Positions 24,067-25,871 of a stretch of 25,871 nucleotides of DNA are shown piece after piece. Position 1 is the first letter of the stretch, and every line of letters begins with the position of its first letter. The position numbers were made by a program, and so were the translations under genes. The notes beneath the pieces are model-generated. The model saw only the letters and a list, made by a program, of their open reading frames with translations. It searched no databases and had not been told where the DNA came from. The DNA comes from Bacteriovoracaceae bacterium (GTDB taxonomy: Bacteria > Bdellovibrionota > Bacteriovoracia > Bacteriovoracales > Bacteriovoracaceae): NCBI GenBank assembly GCA_040877865.1, contig JBBDND010000126.1, positions 1 through 25,871 of the forward strand, in the 5' to 3' direction.

Positions 24067-24880
24067 GAATAAAATTCTCCAAATACCTGTCTTTAACGGA
24101 AATCTTTCTATATCTGCCTTTAAGGGCTTCCATTTTTTCGGTGTTAGTTTTAACCAAAGACCCTCTTCCTCCAACTTTTGTAAAAATAGCGAATCTCGAC
24201 TTCTTTTCTTCGTCCACAGGGCTGGTCATTTTAAAACAATGCATGTTTGAGCGGTATAAAAGTTTATTAAGAGTTTCGAAGTCGTCCAAATGACTGAAGT
24301 CCGACAGCAAGACAACTTCTTTGGTTCTTGCCACAAAGGACTTTATCAACGCCAGTTTCTTATTCTGCTCTAAAAGGGACGCCAGCCTAAAATTAATATC
24401 CACTTGGCCGGCTTCGTTCAACACGCCCATTCTCTGCAGAGTGGAAACCAGCAACACAATGCCTTGCTGGCCGGAAGAGGCCGGCAAAATTTGGCTCTTG
24501 TCCGTAAACAGCGCCACTTTAACTTGATCCTTTGTCTTTTCCGCCAACAAATAAAGCAAACAAGCGATTTCCAAGGCGGCCTGAAGTTTGGACACCCCTT
24601 TGTAGCCAATCAACATGCTTTCGACCACGTCCAACACCACAACAATTTCGATATTTCTTTCTTCTTCAAACGTTTTGATAAAAGTATTATTGGTTTTTGC
24701 GGACAACTTCCAGTCGATAAAACGCACATCGTCCCCGGGCGTGTAGAGCTGGTGTTCTTTAAACTGAAGGCCGGAACCTTTGAAGTGCGACTTAAGCATC
24801 CCTATTGCAAAGGAGTTTGAATTTCTAAACAGATGGGATTGAATTTTCCCAACCGCTTTTTCAACTTCTTTAAAATTCAT
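24053..24880 (-). CDS. DUF58 family protein
   Basis: FKGSGLQFKEHQLYTPGDDVRFIDWKLSAK...IKTFEEERN, LSDF. Confidence 0.93.
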   Translation of the reverse strand: MNFKEVEKAVGKIQSHLFRNSNSFAIGMLKSHFKGSGLQFKEHQLYTPGDDVRFIDWKLSAKTNNTFIKTFEEERNIEIVVVLDVVESMLIGYKGVSKLQAALEIACLLYLLAEKTKDQVKVALFTDKSQILPASSGQQGIVLLVSTLQRMGVLNEAGQVDINFRLASLLEQNKKLALIKSFVARTKEVVLLSDFSHLDDFETLNKLLYRSNMHCFKMTSPVDEEKKSRFAIFTKVGGRGSLVKTNTEKMEALKGRYRKISVKDRYLENFIHEML

Positions 24881-24883
24881 TAT

Positions 24884-25831
24884 TTATACGCGCTCGCTTG
24901 CCATGTTGTACACCAACTCGTTGACATCAACTTTATCGATAACGGCTTCATAAGACAGAATAACTCTGTGTCCCAACACGCTCTTAACTATGGATAAGAT
25001 ATGCTCGGGCGAAACGAAGTCTTTGCCCGCCAACATGGCTTTAAATTTGGAAATCTTATAAAGCCAAATGGAAGCTCTTGGAGAAGCTCCCGCCTGAACA
25101 AGTCCTTCATACTTTTTATTAAAATATTTGGAACCAGGCCTGGTGGAGTGAACAATTTTCACAATCAAGTCTTTGACTTTCTCATCCACATAAACTTCAT
25201 CAACCGAAGCCTTCATCCCCATCAACTTCTCTCCGTTTAGTAGCGGAGCCATTTTTTGAAAGTCGCTCAATTTTAAATCCAAAATCGATTTCTCGGCTTC
25301 AAAATCCGGATAATCCACGCTTATCTTCATCATAAATCGGTCTAGTTGCGCTTCAGGAAGGTTGTAGGTCCCTTCTTGCTCTATGGGGTTTTGAGTGGCT
25401 AAAACCACAAAAGGAGACTTCAAAGGATAAGACTTTTCCCCAATAGTCACTTGCCGTTCCGCCATGGCTTCCAAGAGAGCCGCTTGCACTTTTGCGGGGG
25501 AACGATTTATTTCGTCCGCCAACACCAATTGTGTGAAGATCGGCCCAAATTTGGTTGAAAATTCTTCTTTTTGTTGATTATAGATCATTGTCCCAATTAA
25601 ATCCGAAGGCAACAAGTCAGGGGTAAATTGAATCCTTTTAAAATCCATGTCGCACAACTTGCTCATGATGGAAACCGACAAGGTTTTTCCAAGGCCGGGC
25701 ATGCCTTCAATAAGCAAGTGGCCTTCGCAGACCAGCGCGGCTACGATGGCTTCCAACATGTCGTCTTGCCCGTACACCACTTTTTTCGCCTGTTCTAAAA
25801 CAGCCAACACATCTTCTCTAATTTGAGTCAT
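24884..25831 (-). CDS. moxR: MoxR family AAA+ ATPase
   Basis: EGMPGLGKT, RIQFTPDLLPSDLIG, LADEINRSPAKVQAALLEAM, ATQNPIEQEGTYNLPEAQLDRF, GASPRAS; GGAG SD. Confidence 0.96.
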   Translation of the reverse strand: MTQIREDVLAVLEQAKKVVYGQDDMLEAIVAALVCEGHLLIEGMPGLGKTLSVSIMSKLCDMDFKRIQFTPDLLPSDLIGTMIYNQQKEEFSTKFGPIFTQLVLADEINRSPAKVQAALLEAMAERQVTIGEKSYPLKSPFVVLATQNPIEQEGTYNLPEAQLDRFMMKISVDYPDFEAEKSILDLKLSDFQKMAPLLNGEKLMGMKASVDEVYVDEKVKDLIVKIVHSTRPGSKYFNKKYEGLVQAGASPRASIWLYKISKFKAMLAGKDFVSPEHILSIVKSVLGHRVILSYEAVIDKVDVNELVYNMASERV

Positions 25832-25871
25832 AAGTTCTCCACATAAAACAATGTATATTTTAAATAATTAG

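Noticed and set aside
13403-25240. Many plus-strand and alternate-frame ORFs over the pil, ribF and bat genes (e.g. 14118-14558, 16484-16882, 20463-20972, 20706-20948, 22933-23358)
   Set aside because: All lie within well-supported genes and show no recognisable motifs; those at 20.7-21.0 kb simply mirror the low-complexity linker.
1-25871. CRISPR arrays, tRNA/rRNA genes, transposases, integrases, minor pilins and pilY1
   Set aside because: None seen: no regularly spaced repeats, and nearly all sequence is accounted for by the protein-coding genes listed.

Overview
This window holds a near-complete type IVa pilus (T4aP) supercluster next to a MoxR-VWA (Bat-like) operon. Gene order and pilin type suggest a Bdellovibrionota or former-deltaproteobacterial genome, probably a Bacteriovoracaceae-like predator (inference only). 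On the minus strand, reading in transcription order: moxR, DUF58, hypothetical, batA, batB/C fusion, batD, ribF, aroE, pilB, pilT, pilC, pilA, then a 6.5-kb mostly plus-strand block, then pilH, pilI, pilD, pilM, pilN, pilO, pilP and pilQ (pilQ runs off the left edge and is not in the ORF track). The inserted block (6000-12484) looks AT-rich. It encodes a Myxococcus-type PilG-like protein, a SAM methyltransferase, a YfhO-like GT-C glycosyltransferase split by a single-base frameshift, a stand-alone LAB_N small membrane protein, a GT2 polyprenol-phosphate sugar synthase and a TMTC-like GT-C transferase. The best candidate for an undescribed system is this cassette acting as a lipid-linked, possibly methylated, pilin-glycosylation pathway. 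Lipid A or other envelope modification is the main alternative. Other observations: twin hairpins with identical loops in the pilA leader, no pilS/pilR or sigma54 promoter, an apparent inversion of the pilG-glycosylation block, a probable AUU start for aroE, back-to-back apparently leaderless promoters for pilH/pilG, and a Cys-free PilP. No database searches were run; family calls come from motif recognition.
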